Assembly: GCA_965228855.1 (NCBI GenBank)
Contig: CBDDIJ010000005.1
Location: 1,248,001-1,312,000, forward strand
DNA: 64,000 nt
Source: Candidatus Obscuribacterales bacterium
GTDB taxonomy: Bacteria > Cyanobacteriota > Vampirovibrionia > Obscuribacterales > Obscuribacteraceae
Reading direction: 5' to 3'
The notes under the pieces are model-generated. The model did not search any database, was not told the DNA's origin, and saw only the letters and a list, made by a program, of their open reading frames with translations. Positions within the stretch are counted from its first letter, which is position 1. Every line of letters begins with the position of its first letter. Below are positions 1 through 9,256 of this stretch, piece by piece. The position numbers and the translations under genes are program-made.

Positions 1-3000
1 GCTACCTGAAGGGCGGCATGGGCGCCGTCGGTCAAACCATCAACATTATGGTTCCGAAGACCGGTGGCGCCAGCGTCAATCCGAGCTCTGATACGCAGCC
101 GCATTGCACCAACAACGTATCGGCCGACCCGATCGACATGTACCGCGGCGCGTACCTCTATCGCAATACCGATGTCACCGTAGGTAGTGGCAGCAATCCT
201 TACAGCCTGAGCTTCGAGCGCTTCTACAACTCGGGCGCACGCCTGGCGAACGGTCCTCTGGGTCTGGGTTGGAACCACAACTGGAACCACAGCCTGGCGG
301 TAAACAGCGACGGTCTGCTTGCCATGGCGAACGCCTCGCCCCTTGCCGGCGCCTCCGGTCTGGTGGCCATGTTCGTCACAGTCGACCTCTACCGCGACCT
401 GAACAAGCCCATCGACAAGTGGGTAACGGTCGCTCTCACGAATCGCTGGTTGCTCGATCAATCGCGCGACAACACGGTCGTCGTCAGCACGCCCGGCGAC
501 ACCCAGTTCTTCGTCAAGCGAGCCAACGGCTCCTACATCGCGCCTGCAGGCGAGCCGATTTCGCTCGTCAAAAACGTCGGCGGCGATTGGACCTACACCA
601 ACTCGCATCAGGTGAAGACCAACTACGACTCTTCCGGGAAGATCACTTCGATGGTCTATCCGCAAGGTGTGACGCTCACCTTCACGTACACGAGCGGCAA
701 GCTCACGAAGGTCGCGAACGGTTTGACCCGCGAGCTCAACTTCACCTACACCGGAAGCAAGCTCACGGGCGTGACGGCCGGGTCGAGTTCGGTTTCATTC
801 GCGTACTCGGGCGACAACCTGGTCACTGCGACCGACCCGGACAGCAAGAACACCACCTACGTCTACGACATTCCCGGTCGCATGACGCAGATGTTCCGCC
901 CGGCCAATCCTTCAAGCGCGATCATGACCAACGTCTACGATACGCTTGGACGCGTTCAGACGCAGACCGACGGGTCCGGCAACGTCTGGACTTACTACTT
1001 CGCAGGCTGGCGGTCGGAAGAGAAGAACCCGACGAATGCCAGTCGCGTTCAGTATTTCGACGGCGACGGTAACGTCACGATCGAAACAGACGCACTCGGC
1101 AACGACACAAAAATGTCGTACGACGGGCTTGGCAGGCTGATTGAGAAAACATTCGACGAAGGCAATCGTCGGTTGTTCACCTACGACGCCAACCACAACA
1201 TCCTGACGGTGACCGACAAACCGAAGCCCGGCTCGCTGGATCCGGACATCGTCAAAACGTACACGTACAACGCCACCTTCTCCAAGGTAGCAACGGAAAC
1301 CGACGGGCTCGGCAACGTCACGACTTACCAGTACAACGCCACGACCGGCACGCTCACCAAGAAGATTTTCCCGACGGTCGACGGCGTCGCCGCGGAGCTT
1401 AACTTCACCTACAACGCCCGCGGTCAGGTTTTGACCATCACGGACCAGACCGGCATGGTCACCGCGTTCGTCTACAGCGGCACAAACGAAACGCTCACCT
1501 CGGTGAAGAAAGACTCGGGCACGGGCAAGCTCAATCTGCTGACCCAGTTCGCGTATAGCACCGCCGGCGATGTCACAAGCATTACCGACCCGCGCGGATA
1601 TGCGACTTCGTTCACCTACGACAACGTGCGACGCCTCAAGCAGATTACGCCACCCTCGCCGTTCGCCGCGAACATCACGAAGTACACGTATGACGCCAAC
1701 GGCAACCGCACCAAGGTCGAGCGCTACGCGGGCGCCGGTCCGGTCTACCAGACGATTAACGCAAGCTACACGGTCGACAACCTGCTTGCCACTATGACCG
1801 ACCCGTCCAGCAACGTCACCACGATGACGTACAACAGCTTGCGTCAGCTCTGGAAACGAACCGACGCTCTGAGCCGCATCACGACCTTCACCTACGACCA
1901 GGTCGGCCGGCTCGCCACCGTCACGGACTCGTCCGGCACGCTGGCAGAAACGCGCTCCTACACGGCGAACGGTCTGCTCGCATCGCTGTTGGACCAGCGC
2001 AGCAAAACGACCACATTCGAATACGACGGCTTTGATCGGTTGAAGAAGCGCACGTTCGCGGACGCGACCTTCGAGTCGTTCACCCACGATAAGAACGGAA
2101 ACGTCCTGACCAAGGTCACTCGCAAGGGCGACACGATCACGAACACGTACGACGGTCTCAACCGTTTGCGCACCAAAGCGCCGGCGGGCATGGCGACTGT
2201 GACATATGCCTACGACCGCGCCAATCGACTCCTGAGCGCTCAAACGCCGGTGGTCTCGGGCGATCCGTCGACCGGCAAGATCGAGTTCACCTACGATGCT
2301 GCTGGACGGCGCCTGACCGAAAAGTATCCGGACGCGAAGACCGTCACCTACAAGCTCGATGCCAACGGCAACGTGACGAAGCTGACCTACCCGGGCGGAT
2401 ACTACGTCTCGCGTACGTACGACCAGCTCAACCGTTTGACGCAGATCAAACTGAACGGAGCGGGCAGTGCGGCTCTCACCTTCAGCTACGACGTGCTCGG
2501 TCGGCGAACCGCGCTCGGATACGGAAACGGAACCAGCACGACCTACACGTATTCGCTCGACGACATGCTGACCGCTCTGACGCAAACATTCTCCGGCTCC
2601 TCCGTCGCCTACTCCTATGGGTACGACGCAGCCCACGAACTGACCAGTCAGGGTGTCACCGACAGCAACTACATGCGTCATCCGTCCGGCGGTGGAACCG
2701 TCAACTATGGTACCGCCAATGATGTCAACGAATACCCGACGGTCGCAGGTGTCAGTCAGACCTACAATGCCAACGGCTGCCTCACCGGCGACGGCGTCTG
2801 GACTTTCGGCTACGACAACGAGAGCCACCTGACCTCCGCTGTCAAAACCGGCGTCAACGTCGCGTTCAGCTATGACGCCCTCGGTCGTCAGACCCAGAAG
2901 GATGTCGGCGGAACCAAGACGCGCTACATCTACAGCGGCTTCCAGCGCCTGGCCGAATACAACACCGCCGGGTCTCTGACCTCGCGATTTGTCTACGGCG

Positions 3001-3764
3001 ATGGCATGGACGAACCGTTGATTGTGTTGAACGCGAGCAACGTGATCACTGCTTACCTGCACCACGACAGCCTCGGCAGCATCGTCGCCACCTCCAACAC
3101 GAGCGGCACGGTGACCAACAAGAACAAATACATGCCGTGGGGCGAGGGCACCGTGTCCGGTACCACCTTCGGGTTTACCGGACAGCGCTATGACTCGGAA
3201 ACGGACTTGTACTACTTCAAGAACCGTTACTACTCGCCCGCGCTCGGCCGCTTCCTGCAGCCGGACCCGGTGTTGTACGACGACTCGCTGAACACGTATC
3301 AGTACGCACGCAACAACCCGCTCTCGCTGGCGGACCCCTATGGTCTGTCTGCTGAATCTATCAATTCAAGCGTAAACGTCGGCAGTTCGAGCGTGGTCGG
3401 TGCCATCGGAACCGGCGGCGCAACGGGTCTGTCGGGCAACACTTCAGTCGGCTCCGCCTCGCTGGGCTATGGCAACGCCGGCGGCTGCACCTGCGCCTGC
3501 GGCGACGGCGGTGGCTCCGGAGGTGGAAGCACCGACGGAAATAGCGTCGGCAACGGCAACACCGGCAATGGCACCAATGGCGGTGGCGCCAGCATCTACG
3601 GCAACTACGGGAATGGAAACGGCAACTCCGACGACGGCTCCGGCGACACCATCTACTTCGACGGACTCGACGTCTACAACCGGATCGCACCATGTGTTGG
3701 GAAATGCGTCCTAGAAGGGGGCAAACTGCAAGATTGTATTTTCATATGTTTCCATGGAGGATAG
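1..3764 (+). CDS. RHS/YD-repeat protein with RHS-associated core; 5'-truncated by the window
   Basis: Frame is open from base 3 (TAC CTG AAG GGC GGC ATG). DUF6531-like segment ADPIDMYRG...LSFERFYNS, many YD repeats, core YYFKNRYYSPALGRFLQPDP...YARNNPLSLADPYGL (DPYGL at 3333-3347), then a 138-aa C-terminal extension. Confidence 0.95.
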   Translation, partial: YLKGGMGAVGQTINIMVPKTGGASVNPSSDTQPHCTNNVSADPIDMYRGAYLYRNTDVTVGSGSNPYSLSFERFYNSGARLANGPLGLGWNHNWNHSLAVNSDGLLAMANASPLAGASGLVAMFVTVDLYRDLNKPIDKWVTVALTNRWLLDQSRDNTVVVSTPGDTQFFVKRANGSYIAPAGEPISLVKNVGGDWTYTNSHQVKTNYDSSGKITSMVYPQGVTLTFTYTSGKLTKVANGLTRELNFTYTGSKLTGVTAGSSSVSFAYSGDNLVTATDPDSKNTTYVYDIPGRMTQMFRPANPSSAIMTNVYDTLGRVQTQTDGSGNVWTYYFAGWRSEEKNPTNASRVQYFDGDGNVTIETDALGNDTKMSYDGLGRLIEKTFDEGNRRLFTYDANHNILTVTDKPKPGSLDPDIVKTYTYNATFSKVATETDGLGNVTTYQYNATTGTLTKKIFPTVDGVAAELNFTYNARGQVLTITDQTGMVTAFVYSGTNETLTSVKKDSGTGKLNLLTQFAYSTAGDVTSITDPRGYATSFTYDNVRRLKQITPPSPFAANITKYTYDANGNRTKVERYAGAGPVYQTINASYTVDNLLATMTDPSSNVTTMTYNSLRQLWKRTDALSRITTFTYDQVGRLATVTDSSGTLAETRSYTANGLLASLLDQRSKTTTFEYDGFDRLKKRTFADATFESFTHDKNGNVLTKVTRKGDTITNTYDGLNRLRTKAPAGMATVTYAYDRANRLLSAQTPVVSGDPSTGKIEFTYDAAGRRLTEKYPDAKTVTYKLDANGNVTKLTYPGGYYVSRTYDQLNRLTQIKLNGAGSAALTFSYDVLGRRTALGYGNGTSTTYTYSLDDMLTALTQTFSGSSVAYSYGYDAAHELTSQGVTDSNYMRHPSGGGTVNYGTANDVNEYPTVAGVSQTYNANGCLTGDGVWTFGYDNESHLTSAVKTGVNVAFSYDALGRQTQKDVGGTKTRYIYSGFQRLAEYNTAGSLTSRFVYGDGMDEPLIVLNASNVITAYLHHDSLGSIVATSNTSGTVTNKNKYMPWGEGTVSGTTFGFTGQRYDSETDLYYFKNRYYSPALGRFLQPDPVLYDDSLNTYQYARNNPLSLADPYGLSAESINSSVNVGSSSVVGAIGTGGATGLSGNTSVGSASLGYGNAGGCTCACGDGGGSGGGSTDGNSVGNGNTGNGTNGGGASIYGNYGNGNGNSDDGSGDTIYFDGLDVYNRIAPCVGKCVLEGGKLQDCIFICFHGG

Positions 3765-3782
3765 AGCAGACTCGGAGGTAAT

Positions 3783-3857
3783 AAGCGGCGCCACAAATTC
3801 CGCTGCTTGAGGGGAAATTAGCCATTGGTAGGCGAGCAGAAGTGGTGCTCGCCTACC
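3783..3857 (+). terminator. Two stem-loops downstream of the RHS gene (possible terminator or processing site)
   Basis: AAGCGGCG/CGCTGCTT (3783-3808, one G-U pair) and a perfect 12-bp inverted repeat GGTAGGCGAGCA/TGCTCGCCTACC (3827-3857). No strong U-tract. Confidence 0.5.
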
Positions 3858-3962
3858 CTCTCCACACGAAATCTGATTCAAATCTCCTAACTTGGTGTGT
3901 TGTGACAGTTAAGTACAGTGCGACTGGGTACAATAGCTACGTCACCACTCAAGTTGAAGAGC

Positions 3963-4685
3963 ATGGACGCGAAACAAATCATTGACGCGATGCGAGAAAA
4001 CTATCTTCGGTGCACATCCTACGAAGACCGCGGTTCGATCAGCAGTGTAAGTCGAACTCTCGCTAAAGACAAAGTACTCACCGGAAATTTCACAACCACT
4101 TTCATTCGTCCGAATTTACTCAAATTTGAGCTGAGCACAGATGAGGATGGACTGAAACGGCACTTCATACTTCAGGCTGATGGCGACTCGGTGCGGGCGT
4201 TCAAAGAGTATTCTCCAGAGGTGAAGCCTGTAAATACGACGGTGTTTGATTCTTTCAAAGGTGCGCTCCAAACCGTTGGCGGGATCACCGAAAACGTCAC
4301 CAACACAGTATTTTCGCTTCTGGGTGAAATCAATCCTAAATACTCCCTCTTAAATGCGAGCACACTGCAACGAGCCGATGATGAAATTATAGAGGCAGTT
4401 CCCTGTTATAAAATTGAGTTTGTTATAGACCCATTCGTCGCAAGCGAGGGAACTGCCTGGGTATCAATTGATTCATTCTCACTACGGAGATTAGAAGAGA
4501 GAACGGTTTACACGCAGGAGTTTAATGCCTTCGCGATAGAACAAACAAAACCTTTTCTTGAGGCAGAGGAAATATCCTTTAACGAAGAGGATCTGCACAT
4601 CAGCCTTACCCGCATCTTCAGTTTCGCAGAGGTCACTTTCAACAACAGCATTAGTATCGACAAAATTACAGACCGCAATTTCTGA
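3963..4685 (+). CDS. LolA-like-fold protein, array paralog 1 (putative RHS immunity)
   Basis: ATG at 3963 aligns with the starts of the six other paralogs. Motifs SYEDxG, FxRP, DGDS, CYxI, AWxSxD, FNNSI. No signal peptide. Confidence 0.8.
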   Translation: MDAKQIIDAMRENYLRCTSYEDRGSISSVSRTLAKDKVLTGNFTTTFIRPNLLKFELSTDEDGLKRHFILQADGDSVRAFKEYSPEVKPVNTTVFDSFKGALQTVGGITENVTNTVFSLLGEINPKYSLLNASTLQRADDEIIEAVPCYKIEFVIDPFVASEGTAWVSIDSFSLRRLEERTVYTQEFNAFAIEQTKPFLEAEEISFNEEDLHISLTRIFSFAEVTFNNSISIDKITDRNF

Positions 4686-4764
4686 AGTGATCGACAATTC
4701 GAAATCGACCTGCACTAACCAACCTAGATTGAACGCATTATTTAAGAGGCACGAGACAAAACAG

Positions 4765-5490
4765 TTGGAAGCAAAAAATATTCTTGACGTAATGCTCGAA
4801 AATTACGTTCGCTGCTCTTCCTATGAGGATGTTGGGAATGTGGTTGACGTTGAAGAGACGACATTGGGCGAGAGAGTAACAACTGGTAAATTCCGCACTA
4901 CGTTTATTCGCCCTGACTTGCTGGCATTCAATTTGGAAAGTGAAAATACGTTTGGTAATCATCGATTTCTTTTGCAGTCTGATGGAGAATCAATTAGAGC
5001 AATGAACTCGAGAATTTCAACGGATGGTGAGCAGAAACTGGTTACACAGGCTTACCCGTCACTGCCAGAAGCACTTTATACACAAGCTGGCTCTACGTTA
5101 GGAATAACTTCTCTGACATTCGGCTTGCTCAACGTCATCAATATGCTCTACGACATCCGAAATGCGGAAAATATTGAGCGCTTAGATGATGAAGCGCTCG
5201 ATGGGATAAGCTGCTATCGTCTGGCGGCGCTTATAAATCCGTTCGTCCGATATGAATCAGACGCCTGGATTGCAACAGACACGTTTCACCTCGTTAGATA
5301 CGAGCTCCGAACCGTTTTGACGGAGGAATTTCGAGAGTCCATAAAAGCTCTTGAGAAGACCGTTTCGCAGGCAGAGGGTATCACGGACGATGGGGTCGAA
5401 GCAATTGGTCGAACCCAAACCACTCACTATGAACGAGTAGTTTTCAATAATAGCATCACGATCGATAGGATTGTCGACAATCATTTTTAG
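4765..5490 (+). CDS. LolA-like-fold protein, array paralog 2
   Basis: TTG start at 4765 (LEAKNILD) chosen by alignment with the paralogs; same motifs. Confidence 0.8.
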   Translation: MEAKNILDVMLENYVRCSSYEDVGNVVDVEETTLGERVTTGKFRTTFIRPDLLAFNLESENTFGNHRFLLQSDGESIRAMNSRISTDGEQKLVTQAYPSLPEALYTQAGSTLGITSLTFGLLNVINMLYDIRNAENIERLDDEALDGISCYRLAALINPFVRYESDAWIATDTFHLVRYELRTVLTEEFRESIKALEKTVSQAEGITDDGVEAIGRTQTTHYERVVFNNSITIDRIVDNHF

Positions 5491-5679
5491 AAGAAGAGAA
5501 ACGCCGCTCCCATTGCTATGACCTATAATCGAGACTATCATACCGTTCTTCATAGATCGCGCCTCAACCATCTAGCATCAAATATGGTGCCCACTCCCCC
5601 GCAGAAGCATTCAGCCTTAATCAATAGCGGAAGACGCAATTCACGAGCGTGCCACCAGGCATAGAGGCAGACAAAACAC

Positions 5680-6405
5680 TTGGAAGCAAAAAATATTCTT
5701 GACGCAACGCTTGAAAATTACGTTCGATGCAATTCTTATGAGGATGAAGGTCGAGTAGTTGAGGTGAGCAAAACAACTGCGAGCGAACGAGTTGTTAAAG
5801 GAGCGTTCTCGACCATCTTTATTCGTCCAGACCTAGCGCGCTTCGACCTACGATGTTCGACCGATCCCGGTCGACATAGCCTGATTCTTCAAGCTGATGG
5901 GGATTCGACGAGAGCGATGTATACCATTGAAAAATCTACCGCCGAAAGCACAACATCTACACAAGCCTATCCATCGCTTCGGGACGCACTTCTAACATAT
6001 GCCGGTTTCACTTCTGGAGTTACGCCAACCACATTCGGCCTGCTGAGCGAGATAAAGATGGCTTACGACATCAGGAATGCAAAAGACATCCACAGATTGC
6101 CAAACGAAACCGTCAGCGATATTGAATGCTACAGACTATCTGCGGTGATTGATCCAGAGATCCGATATGATGCAGACGCATGGATTTCGATTGACACTTT
6201 CTGCGTCGTAAAGTACGAAAAGAGGACGACGATGACAGAGAAAACTCGGGACGCCACGCGAAAGCTAGCGGAGCAATTCCGGAAGTCCGAGGAAATCCCA
6301 GACAATGGAGCAGAGTTCCTCTATTCTAGTGCAACAATTTGGTACGACCGAGTTGTTTTCAACAACAGCATAACAATCGACAAGATCATATCCAATCAGC
6401 TTTAA
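5680..6405 (+). CDS. LolA-like-fold protein, array paralog 3
   Basis: TTG start; closest to paralog 2 (EAKNILD, YDIRNA, shared upstream GAGGC..AGACAAAACA). Confidence 0.8.
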   Translation: MEAKNILDATLENYVRCNSYEDEGRVVEVSKTTASERVVKGAFSTIFIRPDLARFDLRCSTDPGRHSLILQADGDSTRAMYTIEKSTAESTTSTQAYPSLRDALLTYAGFTSGVTPTTFGLLSEIKMAYDIRNAKDIHRLPNETVSDIECYRLSAVIDPEIRYDADAWISIDTFCVVKYEKRTTMTEKTRDATRKLAEQFRKSEEIPDNGAEFLYSSATIWYDRVVFNNSITIDKIISNQL

Positions 6406-6433
6406 GCTCGAAGTTCCCAGCAGGATTACGAAG

Positions 6434-7168
6434 TTGAACGCAACGCAAATTATCGAGGCAGTTCGTGCCAATTATATTAAGTGCGCTTCTTACGAGGATA
6501 AGGGTACAATCAAGGTCACAAACAAAACCCGCATCAAAGAAAGCGTCACCAGGGGAACCTTCTCACATTTATTCGTTCGCCCCAACCTTCTTAAGTTTCA
6601 GCTAAACACGGAAGATGATGTACTTAAGCGGCGTTTTCAACTTCAGTCGGACGGAGATTCTGTTAGAGCAATTGAAGATTTTGAGCCAGATGGGATAAAG
6701 CCAACCAGAACTGAAGCATATAGCTCATTACACACGGCACTGAGAACGGTAGCCGGAGTTACGTTTGGAGTGACGAATGCAGTATTCTCACTTCTTGGAG
6801 AAGCAAATCCAAAATATTCTTTGGTCAACGCACTCGAGGTGCGAAGGGCAGAGGACGACACAATCAACAACCTGCCCAGCTATAAAATCGAATGCATGCT
6901 TGACCCGCTCGTATCAATCGAAGCAACAGCCTGGATTTCGATTGACACGTTCTCATTGCTGCAATATGAGCAACGTTCATCCTACACAGCGGAGTACCTG
7001 AGATTCGTTAAAGAACAGACTAAGATTTTTTTTGAAGCCGAGGGACTGCCAAGTTTAAGCGAGGAAAGCGAGTCTCTCAGCAGTGTTTACAAAATCAGAT
7101 TTGGTGAAGTCACGTTCAACAACAGTATCAACGTTGACAGAGTGCTAAACAACAGCCCTCTAGAATGA
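6434..7168 (+). CDS. LolA-like-fold protein, array paralog 4
   Basis: TTG start; motifs SYEDKG, FVRPNLLKF, SDGDSVRA, NPKYSL, FNNSI. Confidence 0.8.
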   Translation: MNATQIIEAVRANYIKCASYEDKGTIKVTNKTRIKESVTRGTFSHLFVRPNLLKFQLNTEDDVLKRRFQLQSDGDSVRAIEDFEPDGIKPTRTEAYSSLHTALRTVAGVTFGVTNAVFSLLGEANPKYSLVNALEVRRAEDDTINNLPSYKIECMLDPLVSIEATAWISIDTFSLLQYEQRSSYTAEYLRFVKEQTKIFFEAEGLPSLSEESESLSSVYKIRFGEVTFNNSINVDRVLNNSPLE

Positions 7169-7596
7169 GAATTTGACACACAAACTTAACGAGACTACTG
7201 AGGCGTTGTAGTTTCCGTACATCGTCGATTCAATGCGGTAAATTTGAGCTACTTTTGCAGCCGAAGAAGGTTGGCGAGCCATCGCCTTCCATTCTATAAA
7301 AACAGCTGTCGAGATTTGGAAGGAGACTTCAGGCTTCCTAATTGACACTACCTACGGTGCTTACTATAACGCAAAGTATAAGAGCTACGTATACATTCTA
7401 CGTAACCAATGAGACTGAACGTCTGAGCGAAACGTTTTATGACAGTTAGAAGAAGCCAGCAAGCCACAAACGTACCGAAATTTCGCAGACATTTTTACAC
7501 CGTCGAGTGTCGGCCATTTTTCATAGCTGCAAATCGGCCGCTGCGCCCGGGGTACAATATTTTCATCACCAGTTCTTTCAGTAAACAAAAGAGACC

Positions 7597-8313
7597 ATGG
7601 AAGCAAACCAGATAATTGATGCAATGCGAGCAAACTATATACATTGCTCGTCCTATGAAGACGTCGGCTCCGTGCGCATTGTTACTCAGACTCAAGCTTC
7701 GGAAAAATTACTCATTGGAAATTTTGCCCACGTTTTTTTACGACCAGATCTCTTAAAGTTGGAGCTTTTCACAAAGGAACAGGAAGTTGAACGACGATTC
7801 GTTATCCAATGCGATGGAGACTCCGTCCGTTCATTCGAGGAACATAGTACTCAGGGGACGAATACATTTGCATACGACTCGTTTGCATCGGCACTCAAGA
7901 CTACAGCCGGGATCACGGCCGGAGTTACTAATGTTGTGTTCTCGCTTCTCGGTGAAATCGATCACGGATATTCGATGTTAAATGCAAATCAAATGAAGAG
8001 AACTGATGACCAAGTCCTAGATGGACAAGTTTGTTTCACTATTGACTTTGTTATAGATCCCACAGTTTCAATTGAGGCAACGGCTTGGATATCCGCTGAC
8101 AACTTCTCACTGATGAAATTTGAACAGAGATCAAATTTCACTGCCTCCTACCGAGATTCCATACGAGAGTATGCCCGGATGTTTTACGAAGCCGAAGGAA
8201 TACCAATGAAGGACTCGGACGAGGCAATCACCAGAGAAATGATAATCAAGTTCGACAATATTACTTTCAACAACAGCATAAACGTCGATAAGCTGATAAG
8301 CCATGTCTTCTAG
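7597..8313 (+). CDS. LolA-like-fold protein, array paralog 5
   Basis: Same family motifs; ATG start. Confidence 0.8.
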   Translation: MEANQIIDAMRANYIHCSSYEDVGSVRIVTQTQASEKLLIGNFAHVFLRPDLLKLELFTKEQEVERRFVIQCDGDSVRSFEEHSTQGTNTFAYDSFASALKTTAGITAGVTNVVFSLLGEIDHGYSMLNANQMKRTDDQVLDGQVCFTIDFVIDPTVSIEATAWISADNFSLMKFEQRSNFTASYRDSIREYARMFYEAEGIPMKDSDEAITREMIIKFDNITFNNSINVDKLISHVF

Positions 8314-8453
8314 CTACTTTCGCTTGCAACCAGCGCACATGCAGGGCCTAGCTGGAGTTGCCCAAGCGAGAACACCAGCGCGCGAGAAGGGAGGAAAACC
8401 AGGTCAAACGATACCTCTCTGCAAAGACTTTGACAAAGCGCTAACAGGTTCTG

Positions 8454-9182
8454 ATGGACGCCAAACTAATTATCGATGCGATGTTGCAGAATTACCGGCG
8501 GTGTACTTCATACGAAGATACCGGAGAGGTCCTTGAGTTGATTAAGTATGGTGACCGTGAGCAAGTAAACGTTGGTCATTTCTCAACGACATTCGTTCGA
8601 CCCGACCTGCTGAAATTTGAACTGCGAATGCGAGAGTTTGATAATCAGCGTCGTTTCGTATTACAATCAGACGGAGAGGCGATACGTTCACTGGAGGTCA
8701 TTAGCGGACCTTCTCGAGACGATACCACGTCAGTCAGAGCTTACGATAACTTCGAGGCTTCGCTACAAACTGTAGCTGGTCAAACCAAAGGAATCACCGC
8801 CCTGAACTTCTCGCTGATAGGAGCGCTTCCAAAGTCCCGCCAGTTCCACGAAGTGAACACGATTATCCGGAACGATGACGATACAGTCGACGGAATTCTC
8901 TGCTATAAGATTGAGTCTCAAATAGACCCACTTGCGGGAGTCGTGGCAACCGCTTGGATTTCTGCGAGCGACTTTTCCATACGAAAATATCAACTCGACA
9001 CAGTTTTCAGCGAGCAATTCCTGGTCGCTGCCAAACACTCAGCCCGACAATTAGCCAAGGCGGAGGGATATGAATATGACGGAAAGAACGAGTGCGTCGG
9101 GTTTGTTCACACTTTCAATTTCCTGGAGACGACATTTAACAACAGCACCAACATAGATAGGATCACCACTGAGTTTTCGTAG
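8454..9182 (+). CDS. LolA-like-fold protein, array paralog 6
   Basis: Same family motifs; ATG start. Confidence 0.8.
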   Translation: MDAKLIIDAMLQNYRRCTSYEDTGEVLELIKYGDREQVNVGHFSTTFVRPDLLKFELRMREFDNQRRFVLQSDGEAIRSLEVISGPSRDDTTSVRAYDNFEASLQTVAGQTKGITALNFSLIGALPKSRQFHEVNTIIRNDDDTVDGILCYKIESQIDPLAGVVATAWISASDFSIRKYQLDTVFSEQFLVAAKHSARQLAKAEGYEYDGKNECVGFVHTFNFLETTFNNSTNIDRITTEFS

Positions 9183-9256
9183 CCCCAGAACAAAAACACG
9201 TGATCGCTTCGGAATGAAAGTACAACGTTAGCCAGACTCACCGCAAGATTAAGAAA

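Noticed and set aside
269..3065. Long alternative-frame ORFs 269-1072 (+) and 912-3065 (-)
   Set aside because: Shadow ORFs produced by the strong C/G third-position bias of the RHS gene; no protein-like features.
4558..4764. N-terminal extension of paralog 2 given by the ORF track
   Set aside because: It overlaps paralog 1; family alignment places the start at TTG 4765.
4686..9256. Integron cassette array
   Set aside because: Spacers are dissimilar and lack consistent RYYYAAC/GTTRRRY boxes; no integrase is in the window. Only one spacer has a long hairpin.
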